Assembly: GCA_028819215.1 (NCBI GenBank)
Contig: JAPPMG010000102.1
Location: 69,541 to 133,540 of the forward strand
From: Bryobacterales bacterium
Lineage (GTDB): Bacteria > Acidobacteriota > Terriglobia > Bryobacterales > UBA6623
DNA length: 64,000 nucleotides
Direction of reading: 5' to 3'
Below, one piece after another: positions 53,715 to 62,571 of the stretch (the stretch's first letter is position 1; every line of letters starts with the position of its first letter). The position numbers were made by a program, and so were the translations under genes. The notes beneath the pieces were generated by a model, which worked only from the letters and a program-made list of their open reading frames with translations, had not been told where the DNA came from and ran no database searches.

Positions 53715-54977
53715 ATGTCTACCCCGATTTCTCGTCGACTCTTCGCGGCGTCTGTCGCGGCAGCGCCCGGCATCCTGAGCGCTCAATCCGCTGGCAGCAA
53801 AGTGCGGACGGCCTGGGTGGGCCTCGGCAATCGCGGCGGCAAGCACATCCGCACCATGATGAAGGTGTCCAAGGACGACGCGGTTGTCAAGGCCATCTGC
53901 GACACCTTCTCGCCGCGGCTCGCCAAGACCAAGGATGACGTCATCAGCGACCAGGGCACCGCGCCAGACACCTATAACGACTACTACAAGATGCTGGCTG
54001 ACCCGGACATCGACGCGGTCTTCATCATGACTCCGGAGCACCTGCACCGCGACATGGCCATCGCCGCGCTCGAGGCCGGCAAGCATGTCTACTGCGAGAA
54101 ACCTCTTTCGCACACCATCGAGGAAGGCTTCGAGATCCTCAAGGCTGTAGAAGCCAGCGACAGGCTCTTCCAGGTCGGCACACAGCGGCGCAGTTCCAGA
54201 CTTTACGCCAAGGCCCGCGAGATCTACGAAAGTGGCGTGCTGGGCAAGACGGTCTACGCCCGGGCGTTCTGGTACCGCAACAGTCCCCTGACCCGCCCCG
54301 CTTGGCGCTACGACATCCCGGCCGACTCCGAACCCACCAACACAGACTATGCGAAGTTCCTGGGCCCGGCGCGTGCTACGGCCTTCAACAAGCAGCGCTA
54401 CTTCCAGTGGCGCCTCTATTGGGACTACTCAGGCGGCATCTCGACCGACTTGCTGGTGCACCAGACCGACGCCATCCACATGATCACCGGACGGCACTAC
54501 TGCGACTCGGTGGTGTGCAACGGCGGCATCCACTACTGGACCCAAGACGACCGCGAGGTGCCCGACACAGTCACGGCCGGCTTTGAGTACGACGACCACT
54601 TCCACGTCAGCTACACCGCTGCGTTCAGCAACGCCCACTACGGCTACGGAGAGCAACTCTGCGGCAGCGAGGGCACGATGGAGATCATGAACCTGCGCTA
54701 TCTCAACGTCTACCCCGAGCAGGGCCGCGGCCTCCCGGAATCGGTCACCTCCCGCCCGGAGATGCACTTCGACGCCCGCGAGGACTTCAACGAGAGCAAC
54801 TCCACCAACGACCACATCAAGAACTTCATCGATGCAATCGCGCACGGAGCCGAGTTGAACTGCCCGGCCCAGCTCGGTCACGAGGCCGCAGTGACGGGAC
54901 ACCTCGCCACCATGTCGCTGCGGAAGAACAAGAAGGTCTACTGGAACCAAGCCGAAGGCACCTATCACTTCGGCTAG
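53715..54977 (+). CDS. Gfo/Idh/MocA family oxidoreductase with TAT signal
   Basis: ORF 53715..54977 (+), with GGAG upstream. MSTPISRRLFAASVAAAPGILSAQSAG, RTAWVGLGNRGGKHI, CEKPLS. Paralogous in pattern to 49649..50935. Confidence 0.85.
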   Translation: MSTPISRRLFAASVAAAPGILSAQSAGSKVRTAWVGLGNRGGKHIRTMMKVSKDDAVVKAICDTFSPRLAKTKDDVISDQGTAPDTYNDYYKMLADPDIDAVFIMTPEHLHRDMAIAALEAGKHVYCEKPLSHTIEEGFEILKAVEASDRLFQVGTQRRSSRLYAKAREIYESGVLGKTVYARAFWYRNSPLTRPAWRYDIPADSEPTNTDYAKFLGPARATAFNKQRYFQWRLYWDYSGGISTDLLVHQTDAIHMITGRHYCDSVVCNGGIHYWTQDDREVPDTVTAGFEYDDHFHVSYTAAFSNAHYGYGEQLCGSEGTMEIMNLRYLNVYPEQGRGLPESVTSRPEMHFDAREDFNESNSTNDHIKNFIDAIAHGAELNCPAQLGHEAAVTGHLATMSLRKNKKVYWNQAEGTYHFG

Positions 54978-55078
54978 GCCGCGTGCCGCCGCCCGGTAGC
55001 GACCGGCCTGCGGCGGCGGGCTTTGCCGCTTCCGGCGACACCCCTGCCCCGTGCCGTGCCTATGGCTAGACTAGGGAC

Positions 55079-56500
55079 ATGATCCACCTGCCCGCGCTGC
55101 GCTGGGGAGAGCCCTACGAGAGTCTAGACACCGTCGAGACTGTGCATTTCGACACCGGCGAGCCGGTGGCGAAGGTCAGCCAGGTCTTGCCGGCCATGGT
55201 CAAGCGCGACCTCAAGCTTGCCCCGCGAGCGCAGGCCGCCCTGCGCTCGGAGTCCCCCGCTCGGATCATCGAGCGCATCGAGCGCGCCGGCGAGCTGTTC
55301 GAAAGCGCAGAACTGCCACTGGGATCCGGCAGCCAGACTCCGGCAGAGTTCATCCACCAGCAATCGTCGACGACCGGCCTGCCAGAGGCCATGTGCCGCG
55401 CCAACATGGCCAAGCTGGTCGGCGTCTGCCGCGAGATGGGAGCGATCATGGACTCGCTCACGCGCGGCCTGGACTTCGAGATCCTCGCCCGAGGCTACGG
55501 TTTCGACAGCGCCGGCCGCATGTTGAGCTACCACGCCAACACCGACGTGCTGGGCGCGGTGCTGCCGAGCAACTCCCCGGGCGTTCACACGCTGTGGATC
55601 CCCGCGGTACCGCTGCAGGTCGGGCTCTGCCTCAAGACGGGCTCCCAGGAGCCTTGGGCTCCCTATCGGATGGCAGTTGCCATGATCCAGGCCGGCATCC
55701 CGAAGGAAGCCGTCGCCGTCTACCACGGCCATGCCGTGGGCCAGACCGTCGTGGAATGCTGCGGGCGCACGATGGTCTTCGGCGGCCAGCAGACCATCGA
55801 CCTGTACAAGGCCAATCCCGGCGTTCAGGTTCACGGCCCGGGATACAGCAAGATCATCATCGGTGACGACGCGGTCGACGACTGGCGCAGTTATCTCGAC
55901 ATGATGGTCGACAGTGTGTTCCTCAACAGCGGCCGCAGTTGCATCAACGCCTCGTCGATCTGGGTGTCACGCCACGGCCAGGAGATCGCGCAGGCGATTG
56001 CCGAGCGCTTGTGCGACGTGCGCCCGCTAGATCCGCAGGACCCTGAAGCGTCTTTGGCGGCGTTTACAGTCGCAGGGGTGGCCGAGGCCATCTCCGGCAT
56101 GATCGATGGAGAGCTGGCCCAAGGCGGCGCCACGGACGTCACGGCGAAGCTGCGTGACTGCGACCGCGCTGTCACCCGCGATCACTGCTCCTACCTGCTG
56201 CCGACAGTGGTGCAGTGCGAGTCCGCGGACCACCCGCTGGCCAACCGCGAGTTCATGTTCCCATTCGTCAGCGTCGTGGAATGCCCCGAAGACGAGATGC
56301 TCGGGCGCATTGGTCCGACGCTGGTGTGCAGCGGGATTACCGAAAACGAGTCCTTGCGGCGCAAGCTGGTGACCTGCCCGACGATTGACCGGCTCAACAT
56401 CGGGCCGATCCCGACTGTCCGGCTGAACTGGCTCCAGCCGCACGAAGGCAACATCGTGGAATGGCTGTACCAGCCGCGCGCATTCCAGTTGGCGTCCTAG
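55079..56500 (+). CDS. aldehyde dehydrogenase superfamily protein (divergent, acyl-CoA reductase-like)
   Basis: ORF 55079..56500 (+). ...VLPSNSPGVHTLWIPAV..., FGG, and candidate catalytic Cys in NSGRSCINASS. The N-terminus is atypical for classical ALDHs. Confidence 0.6.
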   Translation: MIHLPALRWGEPYESLDTVETVHFDTGEPVAKVSQVLPAMVKRDLKLAPRAQAALRSESPARIIERIERAGELFESAELPLGSGSQTPAEFIHQQSSTTGLPEAMCRANMAKLVGVCREMGAIMDSLTRGLDFEILARGYGFDSAGRMLSYHANTDVLGAVLPSNSPGVHTLWIPAVPLQVGLCLKTGSQEPWAPYRMAVAMIQAGIPKEAVAVYHGHAVGQTVVECCGRTMVFGGQQTIDLYKANPGVQVHGPGYSKIIIGDDAVDDWRSYLDMMVDSVFLNSGRSCINASSIWVSRHGQEIAQAIAERLCDVRPLDPQDPEASLAAFTVAGVAEAISGMIDGELAQGGATDVTAKLRDCDRAVTRDHCSYLLPTVVQCESADHPLANREFMFPFVSVVECPEDEMLGRIGPTLVCSGITENESLRRKLVTCPTIDRLNIGPIPTVRLNWLQPHEGNIVEWLYQPRAFQLAS

Positions 56501-56504
56501 GCGG

Positions 56505-57476
56505 TTGCAGCGGGACGCGGACTCGCAGCATCGACCCTGGACGGACTGTGTAGTCGTGGCGAATTCGGCCCGGAAGAGTGCGTTGGTAAGGCTCTGGGAG
56601 TATGGTGCGGCCGCCAAGTTGTTGTTTTTCTTGCGCTGGCTGCCGCAGCGCCTCGCCCTACCACTAGCTGAACTGGCCGGACTCCTCTGCGGCACGGCGG
56701 TCTCCAGATGGCACGATGTCGCGGAGAGCAACCTCCGGCAGGCCCTGCCCGAACTGGACGCAGCCGCCCGTCGCCGTGTTCGACGGGGCGTGTATCGCAA
56801 TCTCGGCCGTGTGGCGCTGGCACTGGCGAAACTGCCGGTCTGGTCCGAGCAGACGGTCCGACGCCACGTCGACTTTGCAGGGCTCGAGCATTTCCTCGCG
56901 GCGGAGGCCAAGGGAAGCGGCGTGCTGCTGCTGACTGGACATTTGGGCAACTGGGAACTCGGAGCACTGGCTCACGGCGCCGCAGTCGGGCCCGTCAGCG
57001 TGATGGTGCGACCGATCGCCAACCCCCTCGTAGACCGCATGGTGGAAGCGCGGCGGTCGGCGCACGGCAACCGAGTCATTGCCAAGCGCAATTCAGCTCG
57101 CGAGGTGCTAAGGACTCTCTCCGCTGGCGGCACGGTGGGCATCCTGGCGGACCAGAACGCCCTCCCCGAGGACGCCGTATTCGTGGAGTTTTTCGGCATG
57201 CCGGCGGCCGCACACAAGGGCTTCGCGCAGTTGGCACTAAGGTCAGGAGCCGCCGTGGTGCCCGCCTTCGCGCTCTGGAACCCCTCGTCCAGACGTCACG
57301 TCGTCGAGTACGGCCCCGAGATCGAGATCGTCCGCAGCGGCGCAGCCGAACGCGACATCGAGATCAACACCCAGCGCTTCCAGCAGGTGCTGGAGGGCCA
57401 GATCCGAGCCAATCCCGAGCAATGGCTCTGGATTCACCGCCGCTGGAAGACTCAACCGACAGCGAAATCGGTCTGA
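56505..57476 (+). CDS. lysophospholipid / lipid A biosynthesis acyltransferase (LpxL/HtrB family)
   Basis: ORF 56505..57476 (+). HX4D/E-type motif LLLTGHLGNWELGA, ...GILADQN...FFG..A, C-terminal PEQWLWIHRRWK typical of the family. Start uncertain (TTG 56505 or GTG 56556). Confidence 0.75.
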   Translation: MQRDADSQHRPWTDCVVVANSARKSALVRLWEYGAAAKLLFFLRWLPQRLALPLAELAGLLCGTAVSRWHDVAESNLRQALPELDAAARRRVRRGVYRNLGRVALALAKLPVWSEQTVRRHVDFAGLEHFLAAEAKGSGVLLLTGHLGNWELGALAHGAAVGPVSVMVRPIANPLVDRMVEARRSAHGNRVIAKRNSAREVLRTLSAGGTVGILADQNALPEDAVFVEFFGMPAAAHKGFAQLALRSGAAVVPAFALWNPSSRRHVVEYGPEIEIVRSGAAERDIEINTQRFQQVLEGQIRANPEQWLWIHRRWKTQPTAKSV

Positions 57477-57480
57477 CGGC

Positions 57481-57508
57481 TAGTCAGAGACCGAGCAATC
57501 GCTATAAT
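57481..57508 (+). promoter_or_regulatory. candidate sigma70-type promoter for the TPR gene
   Basis: Perfect TATAAT at 57503-57508, with TAGTCA (4/6 match to TTGACA) 16 nt upstream. The ATG at 57520 lies only 12 nt downstream of the -10, which would give a near-leaderless mRNA. Sequence pattern only. Confidence 0.25.
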
Positions 57509-57519
57509 ACTCGCAGCGA

Positions 57520-59640
57520 ATGCCTATTAGGTATTGGATTCCCTCCCGCAATTTCTCCTTGCGCGGGGCTTTCGAGGCATGTGGGTACTTGGCATTGCTT
57601 GCGGCACTGCTGTGTCTACCCCTCCCGCTTCGTGCCGCTGACGAGGGTGAAAGCGGCTCGGACCGCGGCGAATCGTACTACCACTTCGCTCTCGGCCACC
57701 TTTACCACCAGTTCGCACAGCAATTCGGGCGGTCGGAATACGTCGATCGAGCGGCGAAGGAATACCAGTCCGCTCTGGACGGGGATCCGGACTCGGCGGT
57801 AATCCGGATGGAGATGATCAACCTGTTCGCCGCCACGAACAGGCTGGGACGTGCCGTGGCCCTGGCGGACGAGATCATTGCCCGCGACCCCCAGAACGCT
57901 GAAGTGCGGCAGCTGCTGGGCGAGATCTACCGCTCCTACTACGCCAAGCAACGTCAAGACCCCAACCGCGAGGAGCCGAACCTCGAGTTCCTGCGGAAGG
58001 CGATCGAGCAGTTCAAGTTGCTGGTGGAGCTTGAGCCGGACGAGGCTGCCCACCACTTGGAGCTGGGCCGCATGCAGGCTTTGGCGGGGGAGCCGGAGCT
58101 GGGCCAGCAGGCGCTCCAAAAGGCCATCGAACTAGAGCCCGGCAACTCCGACGCGCGGGTGAGCCTGGCGTACATCCTGCTGGAAGCTGGCGAGATCGAC
58201 GATGCCATCACACAACTCGAGCAAGTCGTCAGTGACGGCCCGTCGGACAGGCAGCATATCAACACGCTGGCCGGGGCCTACGAACAGGCCGGGCGGGCGG
58301 AAGACGCAGCGCGGCTCTACGAGCGCCTGCTCCAGGAGGGCGGCAACACCCTGCAGGCTCGCCAGCGCCTCGCTGAGAACCTGTTCCGCTCGGGCGCGTT
58401 TCGGAAAGCGCTGGAGCAATACCGGATTCTGGCGGAACTGGATTCCGGCGAAGCTGAGTACCTCTTGCGCATAGCTGCTCTCCAAGGCGAACTGAAGGAA
58501 TACGACGGCGCTTGGCAGGCGCTGGAAAAGGCCCGGGAAATCGATCCCGACTCGCTGCAGGTCCAGTTCGCCGCTATCAATCTGCTGGAAGCCCAAGGCC
58601 GCCAAGAGCAGGCTATTGCGGAGCTGACAAAGCTGCTGGATGCCACGCGCCGCGACGAGTACCCCCGCAGCGAGCAGAGGCGACGCTTGATGCTGCTCGA
58701 ACGCCTAGGCATTCTCCAGCGCGAGCAGGGCCAGCCCGAATCGGCGGTCAAGACCTTCCGCGAGATCACGGCACTCCAGCCAGACCTGAAGCCGCGAATT
58801 CTGGCCCAGATCGTCCAGACTTGGCTCCAGGGCCGGGACTTCGCCCGCGCCGAGCAGGAAGCGCGCCGTGCCACCGGCGAATTCAAGGATGACCCCGCAC
58901 TGGCCAACCTGCTGGCCATCACCCTGTCCGACCGTGGCAAGACCAAGGAAGCGATCAAGGTCATCCAGCGCATGGGAGCGACCGGGCAGGCGGAAATCGA
59001 CACCGCCTTGGCGATGGCCCGGGTCTACGAAAAGGCTCGTCAGTTCGACAAGGCCGAGCAACAGATCGACCGTGCCAGCGAGCTGGCCGACTCCGAGGAG
59101 GCGCGGATCGCCGTGCTGTTCGCGTACGGCTCGATGTACGAACGCGCCAAGCGCTACGAGCAGGCCGAAGCCAAGTTTCGGGAACTGCTCGATATCGCGC
59201 CCGACAACTCGACGGCCCTGAACTACCTAGGCTACATGTTCGCCGACCGCGGCATGCATCTGGAGGAGGCGCACGACCTGATCCAGCGCGCCCTAGACCT
59301 AGAGCCCAACAATGGCGCCTACCTCGACAGCCTCGGATGGGTGTACTTCCGCCAGAACAAGCTGGACCTGGCCGCCAAGTTCCTCGAGCGCTCGCTCGAG
59401 CAGTACAAGGACGACCCGGTCGTGCATACGCACTTGGGCGACGTCTACTACAAGCAAGGCAGGGTCGCCGATGCCAAGCGCCATTGGAACCGCGGCTTGG
59501 AGGAGTGGAATCGATCCGCTCCCGCGGACCGCGATGCGAGCGAGGTCGAGAGCCTGCGACGCAAGTTGGCCGAGCTGGAAGTCTCGATGGCAGGCGGCGA
59601 CGAGCGCGACGCCAAGGACAACACCGGAGTGAAGCGCTAG
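57520..59640 (+). CDS. tetratricopeptide repeat (TPR) protein with N-terminal signal/anchor
   Basis: ORF 57520..59640 (+), 706 aa. Hydrophobic N-terminus GYLALLAALLCLPLPLRA. Many 34-residue TPR-like units (e.g. ALNYLGYMFADRGMHLEEAHDLIQRALDLEPNNG, AYLDSLGWVYFRQNKLDLAAKFLERSLEQYKDDP). Confidence 0.8.
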   Translation: MPIRYWIPSRNFSLRGAFEACGYLALLAALLCLPLPLRAADEGESGSDRGESYYHFALGHLYHQFAQQFGRSEYVDRAAKEYQSALDGDPDSAVIRMEMINLFAATNRLGRAVALADEIIARDPQNAEVRQLLGEIYRSYYAKQRQDPNREEPNLEFLRKAIEQFKLLVELEPDEAAHHLELGRMQALAGEPELGQQALQKAIELEPGNSDARVSLAYILLEAGEIDDAITQLEQVVSDGPSDRQHINTLAGAYEQAGRAEDAARLYERLLQEGGNTLQARQRLAENLFRSGAFRKALEQYRILAELDSGEAEYLLRIAALQGELKEYDGAWQALEKAREIDPDSLQVQFAAINLLEAQGRQEQAIAELTKLLDATRRDEYPRSEQRRRLMLLERLGILQREQGQPESAVKTFREITALQPDLKPRILAQIVQTWLQGRDFARAEQEARRATGEFKDDPALANLLAITLSDRGKTKEAIKVIQRMGATGQAEIDTALAMARVYEKARQFDKAEQQIDRASELADSEEARIAVLFAYGSMYERAKRYEQAEAKFRELLDIAPDNSTALNYLGYMFADRGMHLEEAHDLIQRALDLEPNNGAYLDSLGWVYFRQNKLDLAAKFLERSLEQYKDDPVVHTHLGDVYYKQGRVADAKRHWNRGLEEWNRSAPADRDASEVESLRRKLAELEVSMAGGDERDAKDNTGVKR

Positions 59641-59644
59641 CGGC

Positions 59645-59659
59645 GGCCAGCCGCTGGCC
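59645..59659 (+). terminator. GC hairpin just after the TPR gene stop (possible terminator/attenuator element)
   Basis: GGCCAG-ccg-CTGGCC begins 5 nt after the TAG at 59638-59640. No U-tract. A third copy GGCCAG at 59678-59683 could pair alternatively with CTGGCC. Confidence 0.25.
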
Positions 59660-59704
59660 CGAGCGTTGGTCGATTCCGGCCAGCAGGCGCACAAGGAGCA
59701 CCCA

Positions 59705-60355
59705 ATGAGGATCTTCATCGACAGCGCGAACCTAGAGGAAATCCGCACGGCGGCCTCTTACGGCATCGTGGACGGAGTCACGACGAATCCCTCCCTGATC
59801 GCCAAGGAGGGCCACGACCACCACGACCAGATCCGGGCGATCTGCGGAATTCTCGATGGCGACATCAGCGCGGAGGTGGTAGCCACCGAAGTCGACGCGA
59901 TGGTTGCCGAAGGGCGCGAGCTAGCGAAGATCCATGATTCCGTCGTGGTCAAGATCCCACTGATACGCGACGGCATCAAGGCTGTCAGCCGGCTGACGGC
60001 CGAAGGGATCCGCACCAACGTGACGCTGTGCTTCTCTGCGATGCAGGCGCTGCTCGCGGCCAAGGCGGGGGCCTATCTGATCAGCCCTTTCATCGGGCGC
60101 TTGGACGACATCTCGCACGATGGAATCGCCCTGATCCAGGAGATCGTCGAAATCTATGACAACTACGGCTACCCCACCCAAGTTCTGGCCGCCTCAGCGC
60201 GAGGACCGCTGCATGTCAAGCAGGCGGCCTTGGCAGGTGCCCACGTCAGCACTCTGCCGTACAAGGTTTTCGACCAGCTATTCAACCACCCGCTGACGGA
60301 CATCGGCTTGGAAAAGTTCCTGGCCGACTATCGCAAGACCCTAGTCGCGGTATAG
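59705..60355 (+). CDS. tal: transaldolase (short type 3B / fructose-6-phosphate aldolase family)
   Basis: Part of ORF 59666..60355 (+); ATG 59705 preceded by AAGGAG. MRIFIDSANLEEIRTAASYGIVDGVTTNPSLIAKEG and VVVKIP...TNVTLCFS...ISPFIGRLDD. Confidence 0.9.
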   Translation: MRIFIDSANLEEIRTAASYGIVDGVTTNPSLIAKEGHDHHDQIRAICGILDGDISAEVVATEVDAMVAEGRELAKIHDSVVVKIPLIRDGIKAVSRLTAEGIRTNVTLCFSAMQALLAAKAGAYLISPFIGRLDDISHDGIALIQEIVEIYDNYGYPTQVLAASARGPLHVKQAALAGAHVSTLPYKVFDQLFNHPLTDIGLEKFLADYRKTLVAV

Positions 60356-60379
60356 CGTCCAGCACGGCAGGAGAGACCC

Positions 60380-61654
60380 TTGAGCGGCGATCCCCAGGTC
60401 GGCAACCAGCCGGCGCCCAGCAACGTTCGCCGCACGGTGATGCTCGGACTGTTCCTGCTGTCTGTGGTCACTTACCTTGATCGCGTTTGCATCAATTCGG
60501 CCGCGCCCGAGATGCAGCGGGACCTCGGCCTGTCCAATGCCCAGTGGGGCATGGTGGTGGCCGCGTTCCTGGCCGCATACGGCCTGTTCGAGGTGCCGGG
60601 GGGCTGGCTGGGAGACCGCTTTGGGCCGCGCCTCATCCTGACTCGCATCGTCGTCTGGTGGTCGGGCTTCACGGCTCTTACCGGCGTTGTGCGCAGCTAC
60701 TCTCAACTGCTGGTTGTCCGGGCCATGTTCGGGGCTGGCGAGGCGGGCGCCTATCCGAACGCTTCGTGCGTGGTGTCGCGCTGGTTCCCTCCCCAACAGC
60801 GAGCCCGGGCTCAAGGCATCGTTTTCATGGCGAGCCGGCTTGGCGGCGCGCTGTCGCCGCTGCTGGTGCTGCCTTTGATCGCCAACTGGGGCTGGCGCAG
60901 CGTATTCTTCGTATTCAGTGGGCTCGGGATCGTCTGGGCGGCTTGGTGGTGGAAGTTTTTCCGCGACTACCCCTCTCAGAAGTCAGGGGTCAACGCCGGG
61001 GAGATTGCCATCATCGGCGCGTTGCCGGCCGAACGCGTGCATGTGCCACTGGGAGGACTGCTGCGCAGCGGCAACTTCTGGGCGATCCTCGCCGTGTACC
61101 ACTTTTTCTGCTACGCGTCCAACTGGTACCTGTTCTGGACGGCCAGCTACCTCTCTTCCGAGAAGGGCTGGCAGAGTTCAGAGCTTGCGGCGTACACCGC
61201 CCTGCCGTTCCTGCTTGCCGGCTGCGCCGACTGGCTGAGCGGTTCGCTCAGCGACCGGCTGGTCAACCGGATCGGGCTGACTTGGGGCCGTCGGATCGTG
61301 GGCATGGCAGGGATCGGCACCGCGGGCGCCCTGATTCTGCTCTCGCTCGTGATCGAAGACCGCATCGCCGCCAGCTTGGTGCTGGCCTTGGGCTTCGCCG
61401 CCTCCGATGTCATGCTGCCAGTCGCGTGGGCCGTTTGCGTCGATGTGGGCCGCGAGGCGGCAGGCAGCGTTAGTGGCGCGATGAACACCGCCGGCCAGAT
61501 CGGTGGTGTCGTGATGAGCGTCGGGTACGGCGCGCTGGTGGACTCATACGGCTGGAATTTGCCTCTCGGATTGATCGCCTGCTCGTGTTTCGTGTCGATG
61601 CTGCTGTGGCTGAAGGTCGATCCCTCCAAGCCATTGCTGCGGGCACGCAGCTGA
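60380..61654 (+). CDS. MFS transporter (ACS / hexuronate-galactonate-like subfamily)
   Basis: ORF 60380..61654 (+); TTG start, with ATG 60440 as an alternative. LLSVVTYLDRVCINSAAPEMQRDLGLSNAQWGMVVAAFLAAYGLFEVPGGWLGDRFGPR and 12-TM-like hydropathy. Confidence 0.85.
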   Translation: MSGDPQVGNQPAPSNVRRTVMLGLFLLSVVTYLDRVCINSAAPEMQRDLGLSNAQWGMVVAAFLAAYGLFEVPGGWLGDRFGPRLILTRIVVWWSGFTALTGVVRSYSQLLVVRAMFGAGEAGAYPNASCVVSRWFPPQQRARAQGIVFMASRLGGALSPLLVLPLIANWGWRSVFFVFSGLGIVWAAWWWKFFRDYPSQKSGVNAGEIAIIGALPAERVHVPLGGLLRSGNFWAILAVYHFFCYASNWYLFWTASYLSSEKGWQSSELAAYTALPFLLAGCADWLSGSLSDRLVNRIGLTWGRRIVGMAGIGTAGALILLSLVIEDRIAASLVLALGFAASDVMLPVAWAVCVDVGREAAGSVSGAMNTAGQIGGVVMSVGYGALVDSYGWNLPLGLIACSCFVSMLLWLKVDPSKPLLRARS

Positions 61655-61703
61655 CCCAAGTCGGGTCATTGGGCCGGCCCAGGGCTATGCAACGATAGTC
61701 GCG

Positions 61704-62561
61704 ATGTTCAAGACCGTCAAAGATGACGTCTGGGCCTACGACGCAGAGTGGGTGCCCGACGCCAACGCCGGGCGCTTGCTCTACGACCTGCCTGAAGACA
61801 CGCCCGAGGCGGCAGTCATCAAGCACATGTGGTGCCAGAACGGCGCGAGCGAGGAGACCCCGCAGCCGTTTCTCAAGCTCGTGCTTTGCCGGGTGGTCTC
61901 GATCGCCTTTGTTCGGCGCAAGCGTGATCGGTACGGTGAAATCACCCTTGATCTCCGCTCTCGCCCCAAGACTCCGGCCAGCGTGGAAGACTGCGACGAA
62001 GCGGCAATCGTCGGCGGTTTTCTAGACAGCGTCGGAAAAGTCCGGCCGCAACTGGTCGGGTTCAACTCTGTAGCGTCGGACCTGCGGATCTTCATTCAGC
62101 GCGGTATCGTCCGCGGGATCCGGGCTGATAAGTTCTGCCAACGTCCCGACAAGCCGTGGGAGGGCGTGGACTACTTCGCAAGGGACAGCGAGTGGAACGT
62201 CGACTTGATTAACGCCATTGGCGGCTGGGGCAAGGCGCAGCCAAGCCTGAACGAACTCGCCCGCCAGTCCGGCATCCCCTGCAAGATCGGCGGCGCGGAC
62301 GGCGGCAGCACCGCCACGCTGTGGCTGGCCGGCGATATAGACGGAATCGTGAAGTACAACGAGCAAGATGCTCTGAGCACGTTCCTGCTCTGGCTGCGAA
62401 CCGCCTTCTTCGCCGGGCATCTGACCGCGCAACAATACCAAGACGAGCAGAAACTGTTGCGCAAGATGGTCGAAGAGCGCGCCGGCGCGGCCGACAACGA
62501 ACACCTAGCCGAGTACCTGGAAGAGTGGGATCGCCTGCGGCGCCGAGCGACGAACCCGTAG
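61704..62561 (+). CDS. DEDDy-type 3'-5' exonuclease (PolB exonuclease-like, RNase H fold)
   Basis: ORF 61704..62561 (+). Candidate Exo I YDAEWVPD (DxE), Exo II GFNSVASDLRIF (N...D), Exo III YNEQDALSTF (Yx3D). The overall layout resembles COG3298-type predicted exonucleases. Confidence 0.6.
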   Translation: MFKTVKDDVWAYDAEWVPDANAGRLLYDLPEDTPEAAVIKHMWCQNGASEETPQPFLKLVLCRVVSIAFVRRKRDRYGEITLDLRSRPKTPASVEDCDEAAIVGGFLDSVGKVRPQLVGFNSVASDLRIFIQRGIVRGIRADKFCQRPDKPWEGVDYFARDSEWNVDLINAIGGWGKAQPSLNELARQSGIPCKIGGADGGSTATLWLAGDIDGIVKYNEQDALSTFLLWLRTAFFAGHLTAQQYQDEQKLLRKMVEERAGAADNEHLAEYLEEWDRLRRRATNP

Positions 62562-62571
62562 CCGAACCGAG

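Noticed and set aside
56708-57802. 364-aa same-strand, out-of-frame ORF overlapping the LpxL-like gene and the start of the TPR gene
   Set aside because: The translation is extremely Arg/Pro/Gly-rich with no motif. The overlapped frames contain recognisable acyltransferase and TPR sequences.
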